A stretch of 64,000 nucleotides of DNA from Rebecca billardiae RCC1528. Taxonomy: Eukaryota; Protista; Haptophyta. Made by a program: the position numbers and the translations under genes. Each line of letters starts with the position of its first letter. Within the stretch, counting starts at the first letter, position 1. This document shows positions 33,437-45,212 of this stretch, in pieces. Location of the stretch: assembly GCA_965240325.2 (NCBI GenBank), contig OZ251244.1, positions 1 through 64,000 of the forward strand, given 5' to 3'. The notes beneath the pieces were generated by a model that saw only the letters and a program-made list of their open reading frames with translations, was not told where the DNA came from and did not search any database.

Positions 33437-34233
33437 ATGTCGGAGATGTGGAGCCGCGGCACGGGGCAGGGCATCGGGCTGTCCGGGCACAAGAACACGT
33501 ACTCGGGGCAGGCGACCCTCATCGACAACTGGACGGAGGAGCTCTACGGCGTGCAGCTCGCCGCCAACTGGGATGTACGCGGCCGCGCGCACGGCGCGCG
33601 GGGCTGCGCGCGCGCGCGCGTGGCCGCGCGCTCACCCCGCGACGGCGGCGCGCGCGCCGCCTCCGCGCCGCGCAGCCGCAGCACGTCTCGCACCACTCGA
33701 CCGAGTCGGCCGAGTACGTCGCGCCGCCGCTCGAGTCGTTCGAGCGCGGGCACGCGCCCGCCACCGGCATGAGCGCGGAGGCGCTCTTCCGGCACGGCGT
33801 GCCCGCCGACCCGGAGCGCTACTTTGGCGGGGTGTCCGAGCTCGCGTTCACGGACCCGGGGAACCGCGTGCTCGGGTACAAGTCGGTGCCGCGCGTGGGC
33901 AAGCTCCTCTGGGCGGGCTCGAAGCACAACGACAAGACGGTGCCCGCCGCCAAGCAGGACGCGCCGCGCTCGCTGCTGAGCAAGAAGCGGCAGGAGTGGG
34001 AGCAGACGCGCGCCGTACCCGCGCCGCCGCTCGTCGGCGCCGACGGCACCGAGACGCAGACGCTGATGGCGACGCTCACCGCCGACCCGGCGTCCACGCT
34101 CGCCCTCTCGCGCACGACGGTGCCGGCGGGCGGCAACCCGCCCGCGCAGCACCCAAACTTTGGGCGCACGCGCGGCGTGGCCGACGACGCGGCCGCGTCG
34201 CGCAACGCCGCGACGATGTGGCTCCGATCGTAG
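33437..34233 (+). CDS. NWE-motif microtubule inner protein-like (CFAP107/CFAP95/CFAP68 type), 2 exons (33437-33574, 33676-34233)
   Basis: YSGQATLIDNWTEE resembles the YSxxxLIGNWxEE motif of ciliary MIPs; phase-0 GT-AG intron. Confidence 0.65.
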
Positions 34234-34551
34234 CTCGGCGGCTGCGCGGCGGTGCTGTGCGGGGGACGCCCCAGCTAGGGCCCCTCCCCGACGATCCGAG
34301 CCATGCATCGGAGTGGCTGACACTGCCTGCGCAGCTCGTCAGCATCATGTACTCCACTCGGTGTCAGTCAGTCAGTAGACAGTCACCGGAGTCAGACGGA
34401 TGGGCTGATGACGTTCGTCAGTTGGCGCCGCTCGTCATCAAGCGCTGGCTCCCCAGCAGTGGCAGCGCCGAATCGTGAGAGCCGCGCGCTTAGGAGGGCG
34501 CCGCAACGCGCCGGCCTTGTGCTTGGCTCCCACGCGCGCACCCGCCGCCGA

Positions 34552-36255
34552 ATGCGGCTGCCGCCGACGCCGCGCTGGGGCAGCGCGTCGTGGCGCGGGG
34601 CCAGCGGCTCGGCGGCGTCGTTCGCCACCGCCGGCCCCTCCGCCGCCGACGAGCGCGCCGAGCCGCCGCGCGCCGCGCGCGCGGCGACCGACTCGGACGC
34701 GGTGCGGCTGCTGCGCGTCGGCGGCGCCGTCACGGTCGTGTCCAAGGCGCCGATGCGCGAGCAGCACGCCTTCGTCGCGCGGGTGTACGGGATGTGCACC
34801 GCGCTCGCCGTCGTCGTGCTCGCCGTCTTCTGGGCGCTCCGCGCCGCGCTGTACGCCGAGCCCGGTCCGGGCGCTCTGCTCGAGGGCGCGGCCGACGCCG
34901 TGTGCGAGGACGCGTCGCTCTGGCTGGCGTTCGCGCTGGTGATGGGCGTGGCGTGCTACCAGCGGTTCTGGCTGCTGCGCGCCCACGAGATCCCGCCGCC
35001 GCCGCCGCCGCCGCTCGCGCCGCCGCCGCCGCCGCCGCCGCCCGCCGCCGCGGCGGCCTCGGCGCGCGGCGGCGGCGGCTGGCGTTCGCCGCGCACCGGC
35101 GGCGGCAGCGCGCCCAAGAGCCAGCCGGCGGCGGCGCGCGCGCCGCCGCCGCCGTTCGCCGCGCCCGCGCGGCACGCGATCGTGCCGCACGGCCCGCTGG
35201 TGCTCGCGTTCTGGGCGTTCGTCGCGAGCGGCGTGTGGAGCATGGCGTGGTTCCCGTGCGTGGTGACGCGCCCCTTCTTCCTGATGGCCGTGCACGGCAC
35301 GGTCGCGGCCGCGCTCGCCTACGGCGCGGTGGCCGCGGCCGCGCTGTGCCGCGTCGACCTGTGCACCGCGCACTCGGCGGCGCAGCTGTACGGCTCGCTC
35401 GCGGCGATCCTCGCGCTCGCGTACCTCTCGTGCGCCGTGGGCGAGGGCGGGCGCGTGCGCGTGCCGCCCGACGTGCTGCTGGGCGCGATGGGCATGGGCG
35501 CCTTCTACTGGGCGGTGGTGCTCTCCATGTCCAGCGTCGTGCACCTGCTGCCCGCCGACGCGTACGTGCTCGCCTTCACGCTCGTCGTCGCGGACGCGTT
35601 CCTGCTCAACGCGTGCGCGTGGGCGTGGGCGCGCGCGCGCCGCGCGTGCGGCCACCCCGGGCCGCACACGCTCGCCGCGCGCCGCGCGCTCGCCGCCGCG
35701 GTCGGCGGGCGCGACGGCGGCGCGTTTGACCGGCGGCACACGGCCGCGAGCGTGACGACGCCGCACGCCGCGCACGCCGCGCGCCGCGCCGCGCTGCTCG
35801 CCGCGGCGGAGGAGGCGGACGACGACGTGTACTGGCCGACGCTCGACCTCGCGCAGCTCGCCGCGGCCAACGTCGGCGGGCGCGCCGCCGCGACGCGCGC
35901 GCTCAAGGCGGGCGTTGCAGACGCGCAGCAGCAGCAGCACGAGGCGGCGCGCTCCGAGGCGGGCGCGCCCTCCGCGCCCGCGGGGCCGCGCGCGCCCTCG
36001 GTCGTCCGCTTCGCCTCCGAGCCCGCGCAGCACCGCGCGCCGCGCGCGCGCTTCCGCGTGCCGCTGCTCGCGCGCATGCGCAGCGGCGGCGCGTGCGACG
36101 GCAGCGCGGCGCGCGCCGCCACGCCCGGCGCCCAGCCCGCCTCGGCGGGCAGCAGGCGAGCGCGCTCGCCCAAGCGCGGCGGCGCGGGCGCCGCGCCGCC
36201 GCCGCCGGGCGGCGCGGCGGCGCAGAGCAAGTACACGCCGCGCGACATCGTCTGA
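34552..36255 (+). CDS. Divergent Bax inhibitor-1/TMBIM-like membrane protein
   Basis: QHAFVARVYGM resembles RxxFIRKVY; LPADAYVLAFTLVVADAFLL resembles eeYixAalxLYxDiinlF; about 7 hydrophobic helices. Confidence 0.6.
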   Translation: MRLPPTPRWGSASWRGASGSAASFATAGPSAADERAEPPRAARAATDSDAVRLLRVGGAVTVVSKAPMREQHAFVARVYGMCTALAVVVLAVFWALRAALYAEPGPGALLEGAADAVCEDASLWLAFALVMGVACYQRFWLLRAHEIPPPPPPPLAPPPPPPPPAAAAASARGGGGWRSPRTGGGSAPKSQPAAARAPPPPFAAPARHAIVPHGPLVLAFWAFVASGVWSMAWFPCVVTRPFFLMAVHGTVAAALAYGAVAAAALCRVDLCTAHSAAQLYGSLAAILALAYLSCAVGEGGRVRVPPDVLLGAMGMGAFYWAVVLSMSSVVHLLPADAYVLAFTLVVADAFLLNACAWAWARARRACGHPGPHTLAARRALAAAVGGRDGGAFDRRHTAASVTTPHAAHAARRAALLAAAEEADDDVYWPTLDLAQLAAANVGGRAAATRALKAGVADAQQQQHEAARSEAGAPSAPAGPRAPSVVRFASEPAQHRAPRARFRVPLLARMRSGGACDGSAARAATPGAQPASAGSRRARSPKRGGAGAAPPPPGGAAAQSKYTPRDIV

Positions 36256-36495
36256 TGGCCGAGCGCCTGGGGCGCGGCCTCCGCCGGCGCTGGCGAGCGA
36301 CGACTGCAGCAGCTCGTGCGCGGCGTCGTTCCGAGCAGGCCCGCCGCCATCAAACGAACGCGTTGTGACTACTGACTACGCGCTGAGCGCGGCTGCCGAC
36401 TGCAGACGCCGTGCGTGCAGACACGCGCGAAAAGCTTATTAGCAGCGCTATACAGAGAGAGAGAGAGAGAGAGATCACAGCAGCTAGCAGCGAGC

Positions 36496-36623
<128 letters not shown>

Positions 36624-36918
36624 GGTGCGCATGCAGACTACGCGCGCGCGCCCGCGCCAAGCTAGGGCGGTTTCATCATCACGATGCTGTCAATCACGCG
36701 AGCGACAGTAGCGCGGGCATCATCGCCGCCCATGGCCTCAGATTGACAGATTGCGGTGGCGACCATCATCGGCCCTCGACGGCAGCAGCAGCAATAACTT
36801 CAGACGTGATGCGGCATCAGCACTGATGCTCGCCTGCTGCTCACCTCCCCGCCGGTCGGCGCTCGCCTGCCCGCCGGCCGGCGGCGGCGGCGCGTCCGCG
36901 GGCCGCGCCCGGCGGCCG

Positions 36919-37938
36919 TCAGCGCGGCGCGGCGGCGGCATCCGCGCCGCCGGCGGGCGGCGGCGCGGGTGCCGCGCGCTCCAGCTCCAGCTCCTGCTTG
37001 GCGCGCCGGCCACGCGCCTTCTTGGGCCCGCGCACGCCCGCCGAGCCCAGCAGGGGCGGCGCGGGCCCCGCCGCGCCGAAGACGGCGGCGGCGCAGCGCT
37101 TGTCCGGGTGCAGCGAGCGCGGCCGGCCGACGAGCAGCGGCGACACCTCCTCGTTCGGCACGAAGATCTGCGGCTTGCGCCGCGCGACGAGCGCGGCCGC
37201 GACGCGCGCAATGTTGCGCGCGTCGTCGATGCCCGAGTGCGGCCGCCCCTCGTACCGCAGCCCGAGCTTGGCGAGCTGGCGCTTGAGCGACATGCCGCGC
37301 GGCCCGCGCAGCTTGTACGCCTTGCAGAACGCCTTGCGCACGTTCACGTACGTGCGCAGGTACGCGGGCTGCGCGATCCGCTTGCGCGCGCACTCGGCGG
37401 CGGTGAAGTGGCACAGGTCCCACGGGCCGTCCGTGCACAGCGCGAACCGCGCGGCGGGCGAGCCGTCGGGCGCGAGGTAGCCGCGCTCGACGAGCCACGC
37501 GTCGAACTCGGCGAGCACCACGTCGAGCGGCTGCGCCGCGTCCACCTCCGCCTGCGTGATCCCCGTCAGCTCGGTGCAGAAGCGCGAGAGCGTGCCGTTC
37601 TCAGTCGGCCGCACGATGCGGCGGAACTCGGCCACGACGGAGCAGCTGCGCACGTCGAGCGCGACGACGGGCCACTCGATGATCTCGTGCGGCGCCTCCT
37701 GCTGCGGGCTGTCGCACGTCGCCTCGATGTCCAGCACGAGCAGCGCCTCGAGCGCGTGCGCGGGCAGCCAGTCGCGCGGCGCCGCCGCCGCCGGCTCGCG
37801 CGGCGCGACCGACGCGAGCGCGCGCGCGCGCACGGCCGCGGGGCGCAGCGGCCGGCCGCGCAGCCCGCCGATGGCCGGCGCGACGAGCACCGCGAGCGAG
37901 GCCGAGAGCCCGAGCAGCGGCGCGCGCCGGCCGCGCAT
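36919..37938 (-). CDS. ERI1-family DEDDh 3'-5' exoribonuclease
   Basis: VLDIEATC, EIIEWP, LSRFCTELTGITQ, TDGPWDL and EGRPHSGIDDARNIA motifs are all present. Confidence 0.93.
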   Translation of the reverse strand: MRGRRAPLLGLSASLAVLVAPAIGGLRGRPLRPAAVRARALASVAPREPAAAAPRDWLPAHALEALLVLDIEATCDSPQQEAPHEIIEWPVVALDVRSCSVVAEFRRIVRPTENGTLSRFCTELTGITQAEVDAAQPLDVVLAEFDAWLVERGYLAPDGSPAARFALCTDGPWDLCHFTAAECARKRIAQPAYLRTYVNVRKAFCKAYKLRGPRGMSLKRQLAKLGLRYEGRPHSGIDDARNIARVAAALVARRKPQIFVPNEEVSPLLVGRPRSLHPDKRCAAAVFGAAGPAPPLLGSAGVRGPKKARGRRAKQELELERAAPAPPPAGGADAAAAPR

Positions 37939-38146
37939 CGATCGGCAGCGCGCCGCAGCGTCGTCGGGCTCGGCCGCGCCTTGGCCGCCGCGCGTACAGC
38001 GTCTTGTACAAAGTCACTACTGGCTCGAAAAGACGTGGACGCGCGGCCGCCATCGTGCGCCCAACACTCCCGTCAGGCGGGGCGCTGGCGACGGCTGGCT
38101 GTCGAGGCGCCGTGCTGCGCGGCTGGCCGCGGCGGGCGGACGCCCC

Positions 38147-38750
38147 ATGAGCGGCGGGCGCATCCTCTCGCTGTACATCAACAACAAGTCGGGCGGCCTC
38201 ATCTACCAGCGCGTGCGCGCACCGCCCGAGGCCGCGGCGCGCGCACGCACGCGTGCGCCGCCTTGACAAGGGCGGCCGGCGCCTCCTGCGCGCGCGCGCA
38301 CAGAACTTCTCGCCGCGAGCCGCCGAGCTGCGCGACAATGACCAGATGATGGTATCGTCCACGTTCAACTCGATCACGCTCATCCTCCAGGAGCTCTGCC
38401 CCGCCAAGGGCTCGCGCCCCATGCGCGTGCTCGAGGCGTCCGGCTTCACGCTCGCCACGCACGACACGCTCACCGGACTCAAGCTCTTCATGCTCGCCGA
38501 GCCCGGCACGCAGGGTGCGCCGCGCCGCCGCGCCGCCGCCGTGCACCGCCCACCGCGCGCGCCGCGCCCACGCCCCGCCTGCCCTCCCCCCTGCGCCCCC
38601 TGCCCAGGGCTGGAGCTGCTGCTGCGCGCCATCTTCTCGCTGTACTGCGACTACGCGCTCAAGAGCCCCTTCTACGAGCTCGACATGCCCGTGCACTGCG
38701 ACAAGTTCGACGAGCGGCTCACCAAGCTCATCGCCGACTTCCAGCGCTGA
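38147..38750 (+). CDS. TRAPPC4: TRAPP complex subunit 4 (Trs23/sybindin family), 3 exons (38147-38212, 38304-38514, 38608-38750)
   Basis: SLYINNKSGGLIY, TLTGLK and YCDYALKSPFYELDMPVHCDKFD. Confidence 0.92.
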
Positions 38751-39003
38751 GCCGCATGCGGGCCGGCGGCTCTCGGTAGCCGGATGCTGATGGCCCGGCC
38801 TGCGTCGCCGCCCGACCAGGGAGATGAGGTAGAGTGATCAAGTGATGAGCCGCGGGCAGCTGCCCCCCGGAACGGGCGCGGCTGGTGTCAATATAATATA
38901 GACGCGCTACTGATGTCGCGTCTCCGACACTCTGCGCCACGACCGCGTGACGAGTGACTCTCACTACTGATTGACCCGCCCCGGCCGCAGTCAAGCCGCC
39001 CAG

Positions 39004-41263
39004 TCAGTCAGCCGCCGCGCGACGCCGCGCCCGGCCGCCGCCGCCGCCGCCACCGCCGGCGGCGGCCGCGCCACCGCCGCCGGCGGCGGCCGCGCCGCCT
39101 CCGCCGCCGTCGTCGTCGGCGCCGATGACGCCGCCGCCCGCGCGCATCCACGCCAGCACCGCCTCGTCGCTGCCCGCCGTGCCCGCGCGCGAGGCGCGGC
39201 GGCCGGCGCCGGGCGCGTCGGTGCTGGGCGCGCGCTCGGAGGTCGCGCTGCTCGAGGGCGGCGTCGCGCCCGTGCCGGCGAGCGGCAGCGCGGGCGCGCC
39301 GCCCACGACGCTCCGGCGGCCGGCGGGCGAGCCGGCGGCGGCGGCGGCGGCGGGCGGCGGGCGGCCGCGCGCGCCGTCCGCCGCGCCGTCGGGCGGCGCG
39401 TCGCGCGCGCGCGGCCGCGCGAACTGCTCGCCCTTGGAGTGCGCCGAGTGCGCGAGCGCGAGCGTCTCCACGTGCGCCTTGCGCCGCGCGCGCTCGAGGT
39501 GGCGCAGCGCGACGCGCGTGCCGCTCGGGAGCGCGGCGAGCGCGGCGGCGGCGGCGGCGGCGGCGGCCGCGCCGCTGTCCTGCTCCGCGCGCGCGCGCTC
39601 GGCGAGCACGCTCGCGGCGGCGCTCGGCGGCGCGTTGGCCGCCGCGGCGAGCTGCGCGGCGTACGCCGCGTTCGCCTCCTTGAGCCTGCGCTCGACGCGC
39701 TGCTGCAGCGACGTGGCGGCCGAGAGGCGCATCGACGAGGGCGCGCGCGCCATCAGCGCCGCCTGCTGCATCGCAGAGTCCACCGCGCCGCCGTCCGCAC
39801 ACGCGGCGGCGGTGATCGCGGCGGCGGCGGCCGAGCGCGAGGGCGAGGGCGGCGCCGCCGGGTTGGCGGCGGAGGGCAGCGCCTGCGCGGGCGTGTACAG
39901 GTGCTCAAGCACCGCGCGCGTCTGGCGCTCCGCCATCGCCGCGTCCAACGCCTGCCGGGGAAGCGCGCGCGCGCGCGCAGCCGCCGGGCGCGCAGCGCGC
40001 GGCCGCGTCCGTGAGCGCGGCGCAGCCGAGGGCGCGCGGGAGGGAGGGCGCAGGGCGCGCACCAGCTTGCGCTCCGCCTTGGTCGCGAGCGGCGTGGTGG
40101 GCATGAGCCAGCTGTCGAGCGAGGCGCCGCCGCCGCCGCTGCCGCCGCTGCCGCCGCTGCCGCCGCTCCGCGCCGCCTCGTCCGCGTCACTGCCGTCGCC
40201 GTCGCCGTCGTCCGCGCCGTCGTCCGCGCGCGGCACCTTCACGCTCAGGCTGCGGCGCAGCGTGGCGCCCGGCGGGGCGAGCGAGGGCGTGCGGGGCAGC
40301 GCGGCCGAGCGGCGCGCCGCCAGCGCCTCGGCCACCGTGCCCGCGGGCTGCGCGCCCTCCGCCGCCGACCCCTCCGCCGCCGAGCGCGGCGAGGGCTGCG
40401 GCGACGGCTTGGGCGAGCGCGCCGCGCGCCACGACTGGGCGCGCGCGCGGATCGAGGCGGCGCGCTTGAAGGAGGCGGCGCGCGAGCCCGCGCGCGAGCC
40501 GGCGGGGGTCTCGTCGACGTCGGCGCGGCTGATGCCGAGCAGGTCGGTGGGCAGCAGCCCGGCCGCGCGCATGAACGCGGGCAGCTGCCCCGCGGGCACC
40601 GCCAGCAGCTCCACGCCCTCGCCGCCACCGCCCGGCAGCGCCACGGCCGTGTGGTCGTGCGGCCGGTGGGTGAGGCAGCCGCGCGCGCCCACGTACTCGG
40701 AGGCGCCCTCGAGCAGCGCGGCGCGCGGGGGCTCGGCGGCGCCGTCGGGCGGCGGCTGCTGCGCCTGCTGCGCCTGCTGCCGCTCGGGCGGCGGCGGCGC
40801 GTGCACGCGCGTCACGCCCAGCTCGACGATCGGCGTCGCGCCGCCGCCGCCGCCGCCGCCGCCCACGGTCGCAAACGTGCGCACCGCGCCGCGCAGCAGC
40901 ACGAAGAGCGCGGCGGCGGGCGCGCCCTGCTCGTACAGCCGGATGCCCGGCGGCACGGAGTGCCACTCGCCCAGCAGCGCCGCGCGCAGCACCGCCCTCG
41001 GCTCCGCGTGCGCCATGCTCGGCAGCAGCGCCAGCATGGCCGCCTTGGCCTGCGCGCTCGGCCGCCCTGCCAGCACCGCCTCCTCGACCAGCCAGCCCCA
41101 GGGGGCGGAGGCCAGCGCGCGGCGGGAGAGCGTGAGGACGAGGCACGGCTGCGCGGCGCACACGCTGTCCTCGTACACGTGCGGCATCTCCGCGCTCGGC
41201 GGCGGCAGCAGCGCGCGCTCGCCGTACGCGTCGCCGCTGCGCAGCGTGCGCTGCCGCGGCCGC

Positions 41264-41317
<54 letters not shown>

Positions 41318-42639
41318 GCGAGCTCGTCGTCCGCGCCGCCGTCGGCCGACGCGTCGGCGGCGGCGGCGCCGCCGGCGGCGATGACCGAGAGCGTGCCCAC
41401 GACGACCACCACGTACGCCGTGCACGGCATCCCGATCCGCGCGAGCAGCTGGTAGCGCGCGCACAGCCGCAGCGTGCACAGCGCGGCGCACTCTGCGAGC
41501 GCGGGCGCTGACAGCCGCGAGAACGGCCGCAGCGGCCGGAGCAGCGCGACGCGCGTGGCGGCGGAGACGGTGACGCCGGTGGCGAGCGAGCGCAGGCCGG
41601 TGCGCGCGCGCCGGCGCAGCAGCTGCCGCCGGTGCAGCTCCTCCTGGAAGGGGCGCGAGAGGAAGACGCGCTGCCAGACGTTGACCGCGCCTCCGAGCGT
41701 GGCCACGTGCGTGGACACGCGCACGGACGCGCCGCCAGGTGGCAGCGGCTGCGCGCGGTAGCCCATCGGCATGCCGTGCAGCCGCACGGCGCGCTCGCGC
41801 GCCGTCTCGCGCGCGCCGCCGCCGCCGCGCGTCGGGCTGGGCGGCGCGCCGCCGCCGCGCAGCGGCTCGTCGCGCGCCACCGCCTCGAGCGCGCCGCGGC
41901 CGGCGGCGGCCGCGCCGCGGCCGGCGGCGGCGCCGCCGCTGGCCGCGGCGACCGCGGCTGCGAGCGCGCGCATCTCCTGCGCGAAGAGGACGGACTCGGC
42001 GGGCGGGTCCGAGCTGGCGCGCACGAGCTCGGCCCCGCCCGGGCCCGCCTCGCTGCCGCCGCGCCCGGCCGAGCGCCCGTCGGACGGCGGCGGCTGCCTC
42101 TGCGGCTGCGGCTCCTCTGACCCCTCCGCGCGCGCGCGGCCGCGCGCCGCGGCGCGGCGCGGCGAGGGCGCGGTGTACGGGTGGGCGGGCGAGGGGACGA
42201 TGCGCTCGGGCGGCGCCTGCACCGAGCCGCGCCGGATCGTGCCGCGCAGCGCGCCCGACGGCGGCGGCGGCGGCGCGTCCGCAGAGCGCGAGCGCGCCAG
42301 CCCGAGCGCCGCGCCGCCGAGCGCGTGCGGGTCCGGCACGCGGTGGGCGATGGAGTGGCCCTGGCGCGTGAGCCGGCCGCGCGCGATGAGCACGCCGTTG
42401 GGCAGCATCACCACCGGCCCGCGCGAGCCGCTCACGCCGGGCGCCTCCGCGACGCACGAGCGGTCGACCGGCGGCGGCGCGGCCGCGGCGGCCGCGCGCG
42501 CGTGGTGCAGCATCGGCATGGCGAGGCGCGTGAGCTCGGCGCGCGGCGGCGAGGGCGAGCGCACGGCCGAGCCCGCGCGCGTGCGGTGCGCTCCGCGCCG
42601 CGCCGCCGCGAGCGGCGGGCGCGCGGCCGGGCTGCTCAT
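39004..42639 (-). CDS. Protein with two cyclic-nucleotide-binding (cNMP) domains; probable in-frame intron 39952-40062; start uncertain
   Basis: LRPFSRLS..GTLSV..GDAYGERALL..SVCAAQPCLVLTLSR and LYEQGAPAAALFVLLRGAV..YVG..HTAVA..ELLAV. Confidence 0.75.
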
Positions 42640-42909
42640 GCTGCCAAGCTCTCAGAGGGGCGCGATGCGCGCCGCCATGCCTCGTGTGGCTTTTGTGGCG
42701 CACCCGCGCACCAGCGGCGATGATGAAAGTATGAAACCGTGAGTCCGGCCGGGCGCCTCGAGAGACTTGTTTACCGTAGAGCGTCCGGCGCCGCCATGCT
42801 GCGCCGCCGGGCAGTTCAACTCGCGTCTTTCTGTTTCAGCAGCGCCGCAGCAGCTCAGCCGCCCCGGGGCCCCCAGCGGGCGCAGACCAGCGAGCCGAGC
42901 TCGCGCGCG

Positions 42910-44757
42910 ATGGCGGCGACATTCGCGTCGACGGGCCCGCGCACGCGCATGGGCGGGAGCACGCGCCAGGTCGACGAGTCCCTCTTCGGCAGCGCCAAGG
43001 GCGCGTCCCTCGCCAAGGGCGGCACGCGCCGCTCGTCGGACGTGGCGATCGTGTCCGCCTCGCAGCTCAAGTCTGTGCTCGCGCCCGCGGCGCACGCGGC
43101 GGTGGTGCGCGAGACAGACCTCGAGCGGATCCGCGCGTCGGCGCAGATCAAGACGTGGGACGACGAGAAGCGCGAGCTCCGCTCCGCCGCCGAGGCCCTC
43201 GCCGCGAAGAAGGCCAAGGCGAACGCGCGCAAGGCGTACATGCTGCAGAAGGAGGAGGAGCGCAAGAAGAACGTGCCGCTCACGGACCTGGAGAGGGCGG
43301 ACCTGGAGAAGCGCGAGGTGGTGCTCTCGAACGCCGCGCTCAAGCTCGCCGAGGGGCTCGACGACGTCAAGCAGGTGCGCGCCGCGCGCCGCGCGCCGCG
43401 GCCGCGCCGAGCCGTGCGCCGAGCCGCCGAGCCGCTCCGCCGCGTGCGCCCCGCCGCGTGCGCGCGCGCGCCGCCGCCGCGCAGATGAACGCGATGGCCG
43501 CGGCTGCGAAGACGATGACGATCCGCGACATGCAGCTCGACGAGAAGAAGGAGCTCGAGTTCCGCGAGCTCGAGGAGCAGCGCCGGCTGGACGAGCAGAT
43601 GGAGGGCGAGCGGCTGAAGGCGCTCTCCATGTACGACACGCGCGAGCACAAGCGCGCACTCGACCGGCAGCACGGGGCGAGCGTGCTGCGCATGCAGATG
43701 GCGGACCGCGAGCGGCAGCGGCTGGCGCAGCTGCAGCTGCAGGACCAGGAGCGCGAGGCGATGGTCAAGCAGATCCAGCTCCTCAAGGAGGAGGAGGGCC
43801 GCGCGCAGGCCGAGCGGCGCGAGCAGAACCGCCGGCTGATGGAAGAGGTCGCGCTGGCCAACGCCGAGCAGATCCGGCTCAAGAACCTGCTGGCGGTGGC
43901 GGACAAGGAGGAGGAGCGGCGGATCATGGCGTACAACAAGGAGCGCGAGGCGCGCGAGCGCGAGGAGGCCTTCAACAAGGAGCGCATCCGCGTGGAGAAG
44001 GAGGCGGAGGTGGAGCGCATGAGGTCCGCGCAGCAGCGCATGCAGGACGTGGCCTCCGAGCTCGACGCGCTGCGCATGAAGCGAGCCGACGAGGACAAGG
44101 AGCGGCAGTGGCGGCGCAAGGAGCGCGCGGAGGCGGAGCGGCTGCGCGCGATGCACGCGCAGCTCGCGGAGGCGCGCGAGGCGCAGCGCGAGGAGAAGGT
44201 GCGCGCGCGCCCGCGCCGCGCCCGCCGCCGCCGCGCCCTCGCCGCCGCGCCGCTGAGCCGCGCGCCCCGCCGCGCCGCCGCGCCGCCGTGCGCGCGCGCG
44301 CGCAGGAGCGGCGGATGATCGAGGCGACGCTGCTCGACAAGGAGGAGTTCGACTACACGCTCGCCGTGCAGGCTGAGCAGGAGGCGCGTGACCGCGCGGC
44401 GGCGGAGGCCAAGAAGTCGGCGCAGACCGCGTACAAGGAGGAGCTGCAGGTGCGCCGCCAGCGCCGCCCCGCCATCCAGCGGCACGGCATGCGACCGAGC
44501 GCCCCACGCGCCTCACCCACGCCCGCCCTCCGCCCACTCCGCGGCGCCCCCCTCCGCAGGCCCAGATCGTGATGAACGCGGTGGCGCGCAAGGAGAACAG
44601 GCTGCAGTTCCTCAACGAGGGGCGCTCCTCCGCAGCCGACGCGTTGCACGAAAAGGCAAAGCTCGAGCACATCAAGCAGCGCAAGCTCGCAGAGCTGCGC
44701 ACGCAGGGCGTCACGGGCAAGTATCTCGTCGACCTCGAGAAGAAGACCTTCACCTGA
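42910..44757 (+). CDS. CFAP45: Cilia- and flagella-associated protein 45 (TPH coiled coil), 4 exons; introns 43375-43484, 44199-44305, 44450-44559
   Basis: DDVKQMN..AK..IRDMQ..EKK..EE.RRLDEQME.ERLKAL, ELDALRMKR..E.KERQWRRKE and C-terminal KL.ELR..GV..KY. Confidence 0.88.
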
Positions 44758-45212
44758 CACGGCGCACGGACAGGCGGACCGCCCACCGAGGGCGCCGGCT
44801 GCCCGGGCAGTTGTGGCCGCGAGCCGGATCTGCCATTCCGCCGAGCCGGGCGCGGGCAGTGACCGATTAGTGAAACACGCTGACTGACGCTTGCGGTCGT
44901 CGGGCGTGAGGGCGTCGGACGGTGGGGCGACAAATGACTCGATCTACTGCTAGTTCGCGAAGCCGTACGCGCGCCGGTCCGTGGCGCGCCGGCTGCTGCT
45001 GCTGCCGATGCGATGACGACTGTGACTGCCACGGTCAGGCGACCGTTCCACCGCCGGCCGGAACCGCTCGCGTCAAAACCAGTAGTAGTAGTCGTCGTAT
45101 ACGTCGTAGCGACTCGTCAACCCCACGGCCACGGCCCCGCCGCGCCAGCCGCCTCTCACTGCAGGTCTGCTCGGGCTCTGTCGGCGACAGTCAGCACGAC
45201 AGCTAGTGCCGA

